Shown here one piece after another: positions 11,660 to 23,454 of a stretch of DNA of 64,000 nucleotides (positions are counted from its first letter, which is position 1; each line of letters starts with the position of its first letter). The stretch covers positions 372,001 to 436,000 of the forward strand of contig BCKZ01000014.1 in the NCBI GenBank assembly GCA_001600815.1, written 5' to 3'. The position numbers and the translations under genes are program-made. Origin of the DNA: Alloascoidea hylecoeti (Eukaryota). Under the pieces are notes generated by a model, which saw only the letters and a list, made by a program, of their open reading frames with translations, searched no databases and had not been told where the DNA came from.

Positions 11660-13165
11660 ATGGTCACATCCGATGAACGCCCATCAATTGGACATTATTT
11701 GAAGACAAGAATTACAGAATTAGCGCCATCAAAAGTTCAATGGAATCAAAATAAACATTTACTTAATCCAATACCCGGGTTAAGGTTGATTACTAAAAAG
11801 ACATGGATTTTCATTGCAATTGCTTTGGCTGGTTGGACATGGGTTGCATTTGATTTTTTTATTATTAATATGAATACAACACAATTATCAGAGGATTTTG
11901 ATGTTAAAGTAAAAGATATTACTTGGGGTATTACGCTAGTCTTAATGGTCCGTACTATTGGTGCTGTCATCTTTGGTTATCTTGGGGATAAATATGGTAG
12001 AAAAATACCATTTATTGTTAATATTGCCCTAATGTGTGTTTTAGAAATTGGAACAGGTTTTATTAAAACATATAAACAATTTTTAGGTGTTAGATGTATT
12101 TATGGTATTTTAATGGGTGGTATTTATGGTAATGCTGCTGCAACAGCTTTAGATGATTGTCCAACAGAAGCAAGAGGATTTATATCTGGTTTAATGCAAG
12201 AGGGTTATGCTCTTGGATATCTTTTGAGTGTTATTTTCACTAGAGCTTTAGCTGATACAACACCAAAGAAATGGAGATCTATGATGTGGTTTGCAGCCGG
12301 TATTAGTGCTGTTATTGTTGTTTTAAGAGCAATTTTGCCTGAAACAGAGGCATTCAGAACACAAAGGGCTAGAGAACAAGAAGCATTAGAGTCTGGAGCA
12401 GGCAACGATACTGAGAAAAAAGTTTCTTTTAAGAATAAAGCAGTTGGTGCTTGGAAATCTCATTGGATGGTATTGATTTATCTTGTTTTCCTTATGTCTG
12501 GTTTTAATTTCATGTCTCATGGTTCACAAGATTTATTTCCAACTTATTTAAAAAAACAGCTACAATTTAGTTCCGATGCACAGACGGTTACCAATTGTGT
12601 TGCAAATATTGGTGCAATCATTGGTGGTATTTTTGTTGGTCATATGTCAAATTTTTTGGGTCGTCGATTTTGTATAATTATCTGCTGTATTGTTGGTGGA
12701 GCATTGTTATATCCATGGGGATTTATTCATAATAGCAGTGTCAACGCTTCAGTATTTTTCTTACAGTTTTGTGTTCAAGGCGCTTGGGGTGTTATTCCAA
12801 TCCATTTATCTGAATTATCACCACCAGACTTTAGATCCTTTATTGTCGGTGTTTCTTACCAATTGGGTAACTTGGCATCTTCAGCTTCATCTACCATTGA
12901 AACAACAATCGGCGAAAGATTTCCCATTTATATTGAGGGTGAAACTGATGTTTATAATTATGGTAAAGTTATGTGTATATTTATGGGCTGTGTCTTTGCA
13001 TTTGTTTTGATACTTACTTTAATGGGACCAGAAAAGAAAGGTGCTAATATTAACGCTGCTCCTAGTTCTGATGAAATTGAGGAGATTGAAAAAGATGAAC
13101 CAGTTGAACATCAACCATCTGGTCACGAGTCTGATAAAGCAAGTGTGAGCAGTGGCAACCGTTAA
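11660..13165 (+). CDS. JEN1/JEN2: Jen-family (SHS, MFS) carboxylate:H+ symporter, JEN2-like
   Basis: Signature NFMSHGSQDLFPT, GDKYGRK loop, QGAWGVIPIHLSELSP. Confidence 0.92.
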   Translation: MVTSDERPSIGHYLKTRITELAPSKVQWNQNKHLLNPIPGLRLITKKTWIFIAIALAGWTWVAFDFFIINMNTTQLSEDFDVKVKDITWGITLVLMVRTIGAVIFGYLGDKYGRKIPFIVNIALMCVLEIGTGFIKTYKQFLGVRCIYGILMGGIYGNAAATALDDCPTEARGFISGLMQEGYALGYLLSVIFTRALADTTPKKWRSMMWFAAGISAVIVVLRAILPETEAFRTQRAREQEALESGAGNDTEKKVSFKNKAVGAWKSHWMVLIYLVFLMSGFNFMSHGSQDLFPTYLKKQLQFSSDAQTVTNCVANIGAIIGGIFVGHMSNFLGRRFCIIICCIVGGALLYPWGFIHNSSVNASVFFLQFCVQGAWGVIPIHLSELSPPDFRSFIVGVSYQLGNLASSASSTIETTIGERFPIYIEGETDVYNYGKVMCIFMGCVFAFVLILTLMGPEKKGANINAAPSSDEIEEIEKDEPVEHQPSGHESDKASVSSGNR

Positions 13166-13983
13166 TTTTATTTATACTAATGTCTTTGAACTTCCTTTTC
13201 ATGATCAGTGCTTCTTTTTAATTTATGATACACTTTTATACATAGTTATATATGCCTTACTAGTTTAATATTTAATGATATTGCTTTTGCTGCCTTCAAA
13301 TTGGTTATATTATTCGGCTGAACTGAAGGCCATTTCAACACCAACACCTTATTTGAATAATACTATATCAAGTGATGGAGCATAAAGTTGGATGACACGG
13401 CTTGAATAATTTACCGGTGGTTACGTTTAGCGCTGTGACTAATAACCTTCTAGATCTGATTGACAGATAATCTTTCAATTGAAAAATAAAAACAGATAAG
13501 AAGAGGCCTAAATTAGCTACGTTCAACGCTCAGCTTATAATTGCAGATAAACGTTTTGAGAAGAAATGTGATATAATATAAATATTCTTCTTTTAATTAT
13601 AATTAAAGGAATTGAATATATAAACAATTAAATTCTATTATTCATAGCGTATTTAAAAATTTATAACAATGATATCAGTAGATTTCAATTCAGTAAACTA
13701 GCAAATTATTTACTAAAATCATTCAATACGTAGGCCGTTACACACTAGAATAATACATGTAACTCTAAAATTAACGAAACCATAAACACAAAACAGTTTC
13801 GTTAACGTTATAAAATGGATCACATGACTATGCATTTCATCAGGAAATTTCGAAAAAAAGTTTTGAAAACAATTAAAACTCATTGCTAATCAAAATTGAA
13901 GTCACTAAACAAAACACAAAGCCATTTTGTTTGTTTATCAAAAACGATTTCTAATTATACAGTGAAAAACATATAAGTTCACT

Positions 13984-14958
13984 ATGGCTGGTAATAAAGT
14001 ATCAAATAGAAAAATCCTAACACAGGGTGATAATATATATGCTAGAAAGAAAGGTGAAAGATTTGGCGTCGATGAAGTTACTTTTGATAAAGGTGCAAGA
14101 TCGTATGTTTATTTTCTACAAATAACAATGGATTATCTCTTTATATAAATTGGCATAATAACTTACCTGAATATAGGGATTATTTAACTGGATTTCATAA
14201 GAGAAAATTAGCACGACAGAAGAAAGCACAAGAAAGTGCTAAAGAGATGGAAAGAAAGTTAAGATTGGAAGAAAGAAAAAAAGTATGTAAAATGAATTAT
14301 AAGAAACTTACAATTTCAAATATGACTCTTATTGTTAACGAGTGGCTTTATTTAGATAAGAGAAGAAAGAAAACGTGATATTGAGGAAAAACTGATGGAG
14401 TTGAAACAACTAAGGGATAACGAAGAAGAACTAGACGATGCCTCCGAAGATGAATCTAAAGAAGTTTCTGGTTCAAGCAAAACTGATAAAACTTCTCCTG
14501 CCTCTAAAGAATCAGCTACAAATTTTGCTTCCTCGGATGAAGAAAGTGAAGATGAAGATGAGAATATGTTCTCAGCTGAAGAGAAGAGTGGAAATGAGGA
14601 GGAGGATGAATGGGAAGGTATATCAGATGGGCCACCCAAAGGAGTTTTAAAGAAACATACTGAAATTTATGTATTGAAGCCTGATGCATCATCTTCCACC
14701 ACCGCATCATCTTCCACCACAGTTGAAATTGAGCCTATGGATCTAACTGGTGATATTAGAATAGACCCTTTTGTTCAACTAGAGAAATCTAAAGAAATTT
14801 TGGACGCTAGTGTTAAGCGCGCTGAAAAGTATGCTCAATTAATTGGAGCTGGGAAAAAAATAACTAAGAAAAGAAAAGTAAAATTTAGATACCTTACCAA
14901 GGGAGAAAGGAGAAGTAATAATGCTAAACAGAGGAAAAGGAAACCAAAACCATTGTAG
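13984..14958 (+). CDS. RRP17: rRNA-processing protein Rrp17 (Nop25 family); introns 14103-14176 and 14283-14355
   Basis: Spliced translation EVTFDKGARS/DYLTGFHKRKLARQKKAQ and C-terminal KFRYLTKGERR. GTATGT donors keep the frame. Confidence 0.9.
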
Positions 14959-15185
14959 AATTATATACATATAAACACTATTTTAAATCATTATATCTTT
15001 CAAGATAATTTTATAAATAAATGCTTTTATTTACAAATAGAAAAATGTAACACAATACTTACTATGTAGCGCTGTAACTATGCCTATCATATATATAAAT
15101 TATACAATAATAAAATCTAACAGAAAGAAAATGATTACACAAGTTGTAAATAATTAAAATAAAAAAGGAATTGGGTTATTGTTAT

Positions 15186-16584
15186 TTAAACCTCAGGATA
15201 GATCTTTTCAGTTTCTAATATGCTGTTTTGTATCCGAACCCATTCTGCTTCTAATCTAAAAAAGATCCAAATCCATCGTCGGAATATTTCAACTATTTCA
15301 ATAATGAAATTACCCATTTCAAAATTATATAAATTCGCAAGAAGAAACCAGAAGGAACTACCACGGCTAATGGAATCAGCAGCATTGAAAACATTAGAAT
15401 ATTTCTCAATTTCAATATTTAGAGGTAAGAAACGTGTGACCCAAAAGTAACGTAGAAAAAAATCAATTACAATAGCTCCATAATAGATATTCTTGGAAGG
15501 GAAATGTAGTACCGAACGTAGACCATCATAATTGTGTTTTAAAGATGATGGATATAAGATATAATGAAGTAGAAGTAGTTCCCAATCACAAACAACATCC
15601 CATATGAATGAATAAGTCGAGTTCACAAAAGAACAAAGAGCCCTAAAAATTTTGAATTGTTAGAAACTTTCTTCCTTTGATCAAATAAAAAAACAAAAAA
15701 TTCCATAACATACCAAAGCTTGTAGTAGTAAGATTTTTCTTCAGTGGGAGCAATACTGATAAGATATACCGATAATATAAGAGGAAAATTGGTGAAATAT
15801 TTGATAGAGTTTAAAGCGTGTGTCTTATTTCTTCTTCCACTTCGTCTATATTCTATTAAGCACTGACGAAATCTAATAGCTGGAGGAATTACGCTAATTA
15901 ATGGGACCAAAAAACAAGTCGAACCACAACTTCTATCAACACTCTTAACACTGCTAACTCCCGAGAACAGTTGACATAAAAAAATAGCCAAATCTGTGAG
16001 CACTTTAGCATATGATGTGACTGTATCTGATAATACAATATCAGCTGTTCTATGTTCGACATCAATATTTCCCACTATTGCTCTTTTCAAGGAACTATTA
16101 ATTTTTAGTTAGCAAGTATTATACCAACATAAATGAAAAAAAGAAATGATAAATATATAGCATACCTTAACAAATGCCGTCTTCCATGGTTTTTATGATT
16201 TACCCCTGGATTTAATAGAATAAAAATAATGATAAAAAGTGTTACGAAGGGTAAAATGTCACCACTAATTGAAAGTCCTTCACTTGGTTGACTTCCAGAT
16301 GCCAAAAATAGAAAATAAGATATTAAAACAGCACTGGATGAGATTATCGCTATGCTTCTACCTGATTCATATGTCATATAACTTGAAGAATCATCTTGAA
16401 AATTCAGTGCCGCTGAAAGATCCACTTTATAAATACTACAAATTTTGAGATTGAAAGCCCATAACCATATTGCCAGAGTTATTAAAAATAGAACCCGATA
16501 AGGAAGTGTGATAATGCCATCTAACAGAGAAGGGAAAATGTCAACAACCTCCGGTATTACTGTTTCGCTGTCATTTTCCACCAT
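15186..16584 (-). CDS. ERD1: EXS-family Golgi protein Erd1; introns 16165-16095 and 15713-15643 (alternative start 16635)
   Basis: LPYRVLFL, DIVLSDTVTSYAKV, IRFRQCLIEY, NSTYSFIWDVVCDW, EIFRRWIWIFFRLEAEW. No SPX domain. Confidence 0.88.
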
Positions 16585-17552
16585 TGTCGTTGTGAAAGTA
16601 GATAATTCTAAATTTGCATTTGGTGCTGTTAACATTACAGAGTTGACACAAACAATATATAATCAAAAAAAAAAAAAAAATTTAACTGCAACGTTGGAAG
16701 TTGAAACATTACATTTACTTGAAATCGCAATGTCTTACATACTTATTCTACTCTTTTTAAGAAATCATGATCAGGACAAAAGTTATATTTCTTACGTTTA
16801 ATACTGTATACTAAACTATATTGCTATACAATTAATTAATACTTATGATCAATAAATACTTTCACTAAAATAGAAAAGTTAGCAAATTATTCTGGGGGAA
16901 TTATAAGGAGATTAAAATCAATAATATTTAAGGCCTCAGTGGGATGTTTGTAATCCTAACCAGTATCTTTCAACTGATTCATGATTAGCATGGTTTGGTC
17001 ATCAATGGTCAAAGTTCTCATAGATGAAATATTTTAAACGTACACCTTCATTAAATTACTATAAAGATAAACATAAGTTAGTTAAATATAACAGTTAAAA
17101 AGTTTTTCTTTTCTGCTTAAGTTTATTTCATTCAAATTGTCAAATTTATTTCAAAGATCAGAATTTTCAGTGTTTGGTTAATTAGTCGAGTCGTCATTAT
17201 ATACGATATCCGTTTGGGGCGACAGCTGGTCATCATTAAGAAATAAACAGAACAATTCAAATTATTTTAAAATCTAATGTTTTTATTTCGGACTTACCTT
17301 TTCAAACAATTATTTGCAAAATTTGCAAATGAAATAAATTAAAGATGGAGAGAAAGAAAAAATCTTTTTAAAATACCAATAAGTTACCCGACTTTATGCG
17401 AAGCCCTAACATTATTGTCAATGCCATTATTGTATACTTGTATTGTGCTATTTGTGGTCCCGGTGTGTGCCAAAGTATGTCAACTCTACCAAACCTCCAT
17501 ACGTCTAGTTTAAGAAGGTTAAACCAACCTCCACATTTAACATTAAGTTCAA

Positions 17553-18876
17553 ATGCCTGAAAAATATGGATTTCCAGATGCTGATGCTCCAAGCATAAGT
17601 ATGTTTCTGTTACAAAGTGTGCTTTTTATACATAACTAACATAAATAACACAAATATATAGTACGAGCCAATCAAAAGGATGCGTACTTTGAATCTGTAT
17701 TAAAGAGTAAACTTGGAGACGCTATTCAAGTCGTCAAAGGTATGTACTAGATATAGTTGGTATTCTTTTTGGATAATACTAACTTTTAATGCTTAAAGGA
17801 TCTCGGTTTCTTCATTCACACCCAGAGGAAATATCTGTGTTTACAAAGGCTATTTATCTTGGTCTTACATCTTTAGTAGGAACCCGAACTCTAGGAGAAG
17901 AATATTGTGATCTTTTCTATGTTTCTAGGAACGGGAATAAACTACCCAACTTATTTGTATGTTTAGTTTGTTTGAAATGTAATAAGATTTGAATAAGAAT
18001 ACTAACAACATGGAATATAGAGAAGGGCTGGCTTTATTATATCATTTGCTATTTTACCATATGCTATCAAAAGATTCATCAAATTTATTAAAACTCGAAA
18101 TCAAAGAATGATGAGACCAAGTGAACTTAAAGGTTGGACTCTTTCAAGATTTGCAAAATATGTTGGAGGTACACGATTATTTGGCCTTATTTCAAACGCT
18201 TCATATGCTGAGTTATTTACAACCTTAAGTACTGCTCATCTTGCTTTCTTTTATTTCTTTGGAAGATATTATCAGTTGTCAAAAAGGATTTTCGGTCTCC
18301 GTTATGTAAGTACCATCACCATTTTTAACTCAGCTGAATCAAACTAACTATTTTATAGGCTTCGGGGCATCCTGCTCCTAAAGAACAAGAAGGCGGTAGC
18401 GGTTATGAACTCCTTGGTATCTTGATCTTATTTCAAATTGGTTATAAAGCTTGTAGTAAAGCTTACCAATACATTGAAGAAAAATTCCCTGAGCAACAAG
18501 AATTTACAATTCAAGATTTAATTCAAACACAAAAAGAAGAAACTGGTGTTATAAGAGGAGCTCCAACCATTGAAATTAATAATGGAAATAATAATGAAAA
18601 TGATATTGATCTTTCAGATCCTTCTGTTTTATCATATATTCCTGAAGAATCTAGGAAATGTACTCTATGTTTATCTTATATTACTAATCCAAGTGCAACT
18701 CCATGTGGTCATATTTTTTGTTGGGATTGTATTAATGATTGGTGTCGTGAAAGAGTAAGTATCTTTTATCCCTTGATTTTGTTTAACAATAAAAACTAAC
18801 AATTTAATATGATTAGCCTGAATGTCCATTATGTAGACAAGCTGTTTTTGAATACAATTTACTACCTATTAGGTAA
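17553..18876 (+). CDS. PEX10: Peroxin Pex10 RING E3 ligase; introns 17599-17661, 17740-17798, 17957-18020, 18306-18358, 18755-18816
   Basis: FPDADAPSIIRANQKDAYF, RTLGEEYCDL, YYQLSKRIFGLRY, C3HC4 RING CTLCL...PCGHIFCWDCINDWCRE/PECPLCRQ. Confidence 0.95.
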
Positions 18877-19057
18877 AATATCTAATAATAATGTTGGAAT
18901 TTGGAACTCTTTTTATAAATATATACAATCAAACTAATTGATTTATAAAACACAACTTCTAAATCTAGTATACGTAATAATATATAAATCATTTGAAATT
19001 CTATAGTTAATAATATGCTTTCTTTCCACTCCAGAAATTTAAGATTGAAATACTAAA

Positions 19058-21436
19058 TTATAATCCAAGACGAAAGACAAGTTTCTTTTTACCTTTTTTA
19101 TCAGATTGACTAAAAGTCCCACCATCTAATCCATTACCATTACCAATTGTACTTGTATTATCATTCTTAAGACTTAAATGAGATGCACCCCAAGCATTAT
19201 GTTTAGGAGGTGCATTTAAAGGTGGTGCTCGTGGTTTTCCCTTTGGTAATTCAGGAAAATCGTTTGTTAATATTTGTTTTGATTTTCCTTTATTATTATT
19301 ATGAAATTCTAAATTTCTTGATTGTACTGGAGTTGTATATGATGATGATGTTGTTGTTGCTTGATATTGTGTATCATTTAACGTAGTTGATGATAAAGAT
19401 GATGCTAAAGAAGACGATGACGATGATGATGATGAGGTCATTGATTGTGGTGGTGGTTTAATTATTGTCTTTTTAACTGATTTCTTTTTTAAAGTCTGTT
19501 TTGGATTTGGGGTAGGGGTTGGGGTTGGTTTTGAAGTATGGGGTAATGCTGGGAAATCATTGCCATTTACTTTTGGTAAAGCTTTTTGTGATGATGAAGA
19601 TGATGTATTTGAAACTATTGGTTTAATTGAAGTTGAGGATTGAGTATGTGGTAAAGCAGGAAATTCATCATTTATATTAGTTTTTGGTTTAGTCTTTTGA
19701 ATTGGATTCCGGGTACTCATCGCTGTTCTAGTTGAAAAAGTTGACAGTAAATTTGGACTTGATGAAGAAGTATGAGGTAAGGCAGGGAAATTATTTATAT
19801 CATTTCTAACACCACGGGTGAAACTTGAAGTTTGTGTTTGAGGTTTTATTTGTTTTTTGGATGGTCTTATTGTTGATTGTTGTACAAAATTTGATGAACC
19901 TGGTAAAGCAGGGAATTCAGATTCAATAAAATTTGATTTTTCACCTTCACGTAATAAATCTTTTTGATTTTTTGAACCATTTGGTATAATTTTTGAAAAT
20001 TCTTCAATAATTATTCCAATTTCTGACATTGATCTATTTTGAAATAAAATTTTATAATTTTCAATTAATTGAAAAGCATTAATTTTATTATTTTCAAATG
20101 AACTATTTAATTCTTGAAATTTTGAAATATCATTATTTGTTGATGAAGATGATGTTGGAAGATAATGTCTTGCACGCTCAATTAATCTCATTCTTTTAAT
20201 ATCAATATTTTCAGGATCTTCAATTGTATGAAGTTGTTGTGGACCAGAGACTGATTCTTGATATCTATCATTACCAATATTGAAAGTTGATAATTGTGAT
20301 TGAAACCCATTTCTATTCCCACCAAAATTATTACCAAAACTATGAATTGTTCTATCATTTCCTGCAAATTTCCCATGTTCTTCAATCATATGAGCTTTAA
20401 AATCCAATTCAGAACCAAAAGCAATAAATTTTTTTTCTAAACATTCAGGTATTGGACAAATAATATGATCACTTTTAAAATGTCTAAATAATGAATCATA
20501 ATCTTTAAACCAATGTGGTATATTTGAATCAATTTGTTCACAAACATGACATTTAAAATGATTATCTCTCATATGAATTAATAAATCATCATCATCATAA
20601 AATCTTAAATGTTTACAAAATTCACATATTGGATGACCACGAGAACCAATTTTATCACCATTATTTTGATGATTTAATAATTCTTTTTTATTATACATTA
20701 TTATTTCAAATGGAAAGATTTTTTTATTTTTATTACAAATATTGCAAAGTAATTTATGATGAACTTCTTTAATATGATTTGATAATTCTTTATATGATTC
20801 GCCATGGAAATGACATTTTGAAAATTGACAATAATATTCAAGTAAATCATAACATGATTTATAAACTTCTTCTGATGTAAAATCGATATTATAAATATCA
20901 TCAACAATATTAATGTCTTCTTGAGTAAAATCTGAAAAATTCTTTTCTGTATAATCTGAGAATAATGCTCTTGTATGTTCAGTCTAACATAAATTAATTA
21001 AATGTTAGAATCAAAGCAGGCATTTATCATTTATCATTTTAATATTTAGAATACTCACCCTACAAACCAAACATGCCTCCTTTTTATACAGAGCTTTCAT
21101 CCGGAAACTGCAAACATGACAGGTTCTATGATTACATGGATTTATAGCAACGTATTCAATAGGTTCTGCACAAATCAAACACAACTCTCTATCATCATCT
21201 TCTAAAGTTTTATCATTACTCCTAGTTTCTATTTTCTTTTCATTGCTGTTTGATTTTTGTTTATTTGTAGTAACACCTAATATTTATGATTAATGGGTTG
21301 AAAACTATGAGTAAGAAAAGAAAATCTTCATACCTTTTGGACGCCTGTTCCTCCGCTGATTATTCTTATTCGGCTTTGGATTACTCTTCGAGCCATTTTC
21401 AGAATGATCGAGTGTCTCTGATATAAGGGATGTCAT
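19058..21436 (-). CDS. HEL2: Ribosome-collision E3 ligase Hel2/ZNF598; introns 21333-21277 and 21058-20984
   Basis: RING CLICAEPIEYVAINPCNHRTCHVCSFRMKALYKKEACLVCR, C2H2 array GHPICEFC...HFKCHVC, C-terminal KKGKKKLVFRLG. Confidence 0.92.
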
Positions 21437-21544
21437 AATTATTGTTTAGGATTTTAGTGTGGTATATATTTTTCGTAGGAGTTGATAACAAAATGGTTTT
21501 TTTTTCCTTGTGTGTTTGGATTTTAACCACAAACAAATTTATAA

Positions 21545-22190
21545 ATGAATATTTCTGCGACGCTGAACAGTTTGAGGTTATTATGGTCACCAACTATGTG
21601 TTTACCACACTACGTGGTGCCCACTTTTAATCAAATCCCAATTCCGTTGCCGTTTCCGTCTGTTAAGGCAGTTGTTCTGGATAAAGATAATTGTTTTGCT
21701 GCTCCTCATGATGACAAAGTGTGGCCTGAATATAAGGTAAACTATAACTATTCCCCTTGATTTTCAGTTCGTTATTCTAAACAGTTTATAGGAAAAATGG
21801 GAACAATTACGGATAGCATATCCAGGCCATCAACTACTAATCGTTAGCAATTCAGCAGGTACAAATGATGATAAACACCATAAACAAGCTAAAATAATAG
21901 AACAGTCAACAGGAGTTCATGTTCTTCGTCATTCAACAAAAAAACCAGGTTGTAAAGATGAAATATTAGAATATTTCAGAAAAAATGGAATTACAAATTC
22001 ATCAAAAGAAATTGTAATTATTGGTGATCGTTTATTTACTGATATATTAATGGCAAATATGATGGGATCTTATGGTTTATGGGTCAAAGAAGGTGTCAAA
22101 TTATCAAATTCCCCAATTTGTAAAATTGAAAGATTTTGGTATTCAAAATTGAAAACTCCTTTAAATTATAGTTCTTCAAATTCTAAATAA
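21545..22190 (+). CDS. GEP4: Mitochondrial phosphatidylglycerophosphatase Gep4 (HAD family); intron 21737-21791
   Basis: MNISATLN...VVLDKDNCFA, LLIVSNSAGT, RHSTKKPGC, IGDRLFTDILMANMMG. Confidence 0.93.
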
Positions 22191-23454
22191 AAATATTAGA
22201 TGGGTTCCTCTTTTTGTGTGTATTTTTATAGATAAATAGATAATCAAATGGAGAATACACTAATGCTTTCTTCAAGTGTTTTACTATATCAGCTACTTTC
22301 ATAGCTGCACTAATGAGCTTTTTTGGTCTTTGGATTGATTTTATTTCTTCGATTATTCCTCTCATTCCTCTTATTCCTCCTGTAATACAATGAGCGATTC
22401 CCACGATTGTCGAAAAGCTTGCTGCAATGAAGCTCCTTGCTTAAGGCTTTATCATAGTTATGGTAAATCACTGATTGAATATCTATTGTGATCTTGATAA
22501 GTGAGTAAACCCGGTAGCTGGTTAAGAAAAACTGGATGATTGCAGTATCTAAAACAAGATGTGATTCAGTTTTTCCACTCTGAATTAGCCATTTTGGAGC
22601 GCCTTTTTCGTTAATTTCGTATGTGTATTTTAGGCATTTTGAAATTTATTAATTAGTTTCTTGGGTGACCGCGCTTTAGTTATTTGGGCTTAATTTGGTT
22701 CACCACTTTCTTGGCGCCATATGTCGTCGTAAATATTCGATATATTTGTGAATATAGATTCACCATTACCTATAGCGAGTAGTTCGCCATATAGACCTCA
22801 ATTATTTTATCATTCAGAAAAGGATTAATTCGTCAATACTGGCCGGCACACAATGGATAGTAGCCCATTCATAATTATTTAAATTTCAAATAAATCTTTT
22901 ATAATTAATTTATAAACATAAAAAGAAACACTACATATATAGATGTATAAATATATAAAGAATGGATTTAAATTTTTATTTAAAAAAAACTAAGGAAAAA
23001 TATATTGATAAAAAGATGCAATTTATTTAATTCATTGATTTTATATATAATTTAGTGACCCAGCACTGTTGTTTAATAAAACTTGTTGTTGGCAATAAAA
23101 ACAAAACAAAAAAACTGTAATCATGCAACCACATTTCAAATGTGATTCAGATTTGTTTGTTAATGATTGTTTGAATATTTGTTAATGCAATTTCATTTCA
23201 ATTGTTGTTTATTTGTAAATGAATGTAGGTACCCAAAAAATTCTTTTCTTTTTTGTAAGTATAATGTTTGTGAGGTAAAAGATGTAAAAACCAGTCTAAA
23301 AAAATTTAATAAATTATCATTGTTATATAAGTTAATATGCATAAAAAGGTCTATAATTAAAAAGACCACATAATTTTAAAAAAATATATATATTTAATGC
23401 TTTGAATTTCAAAGAATTTAACATATGGGGCAAAAAATAAGATTTGTAATAGTT

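Noticed and set aside
20701..20907. Apparent frameshift in HEL2 suggested by the ORF track
   Set aside because: The true exon frame from 20983 is open and continuous into the 546-aa ORF.
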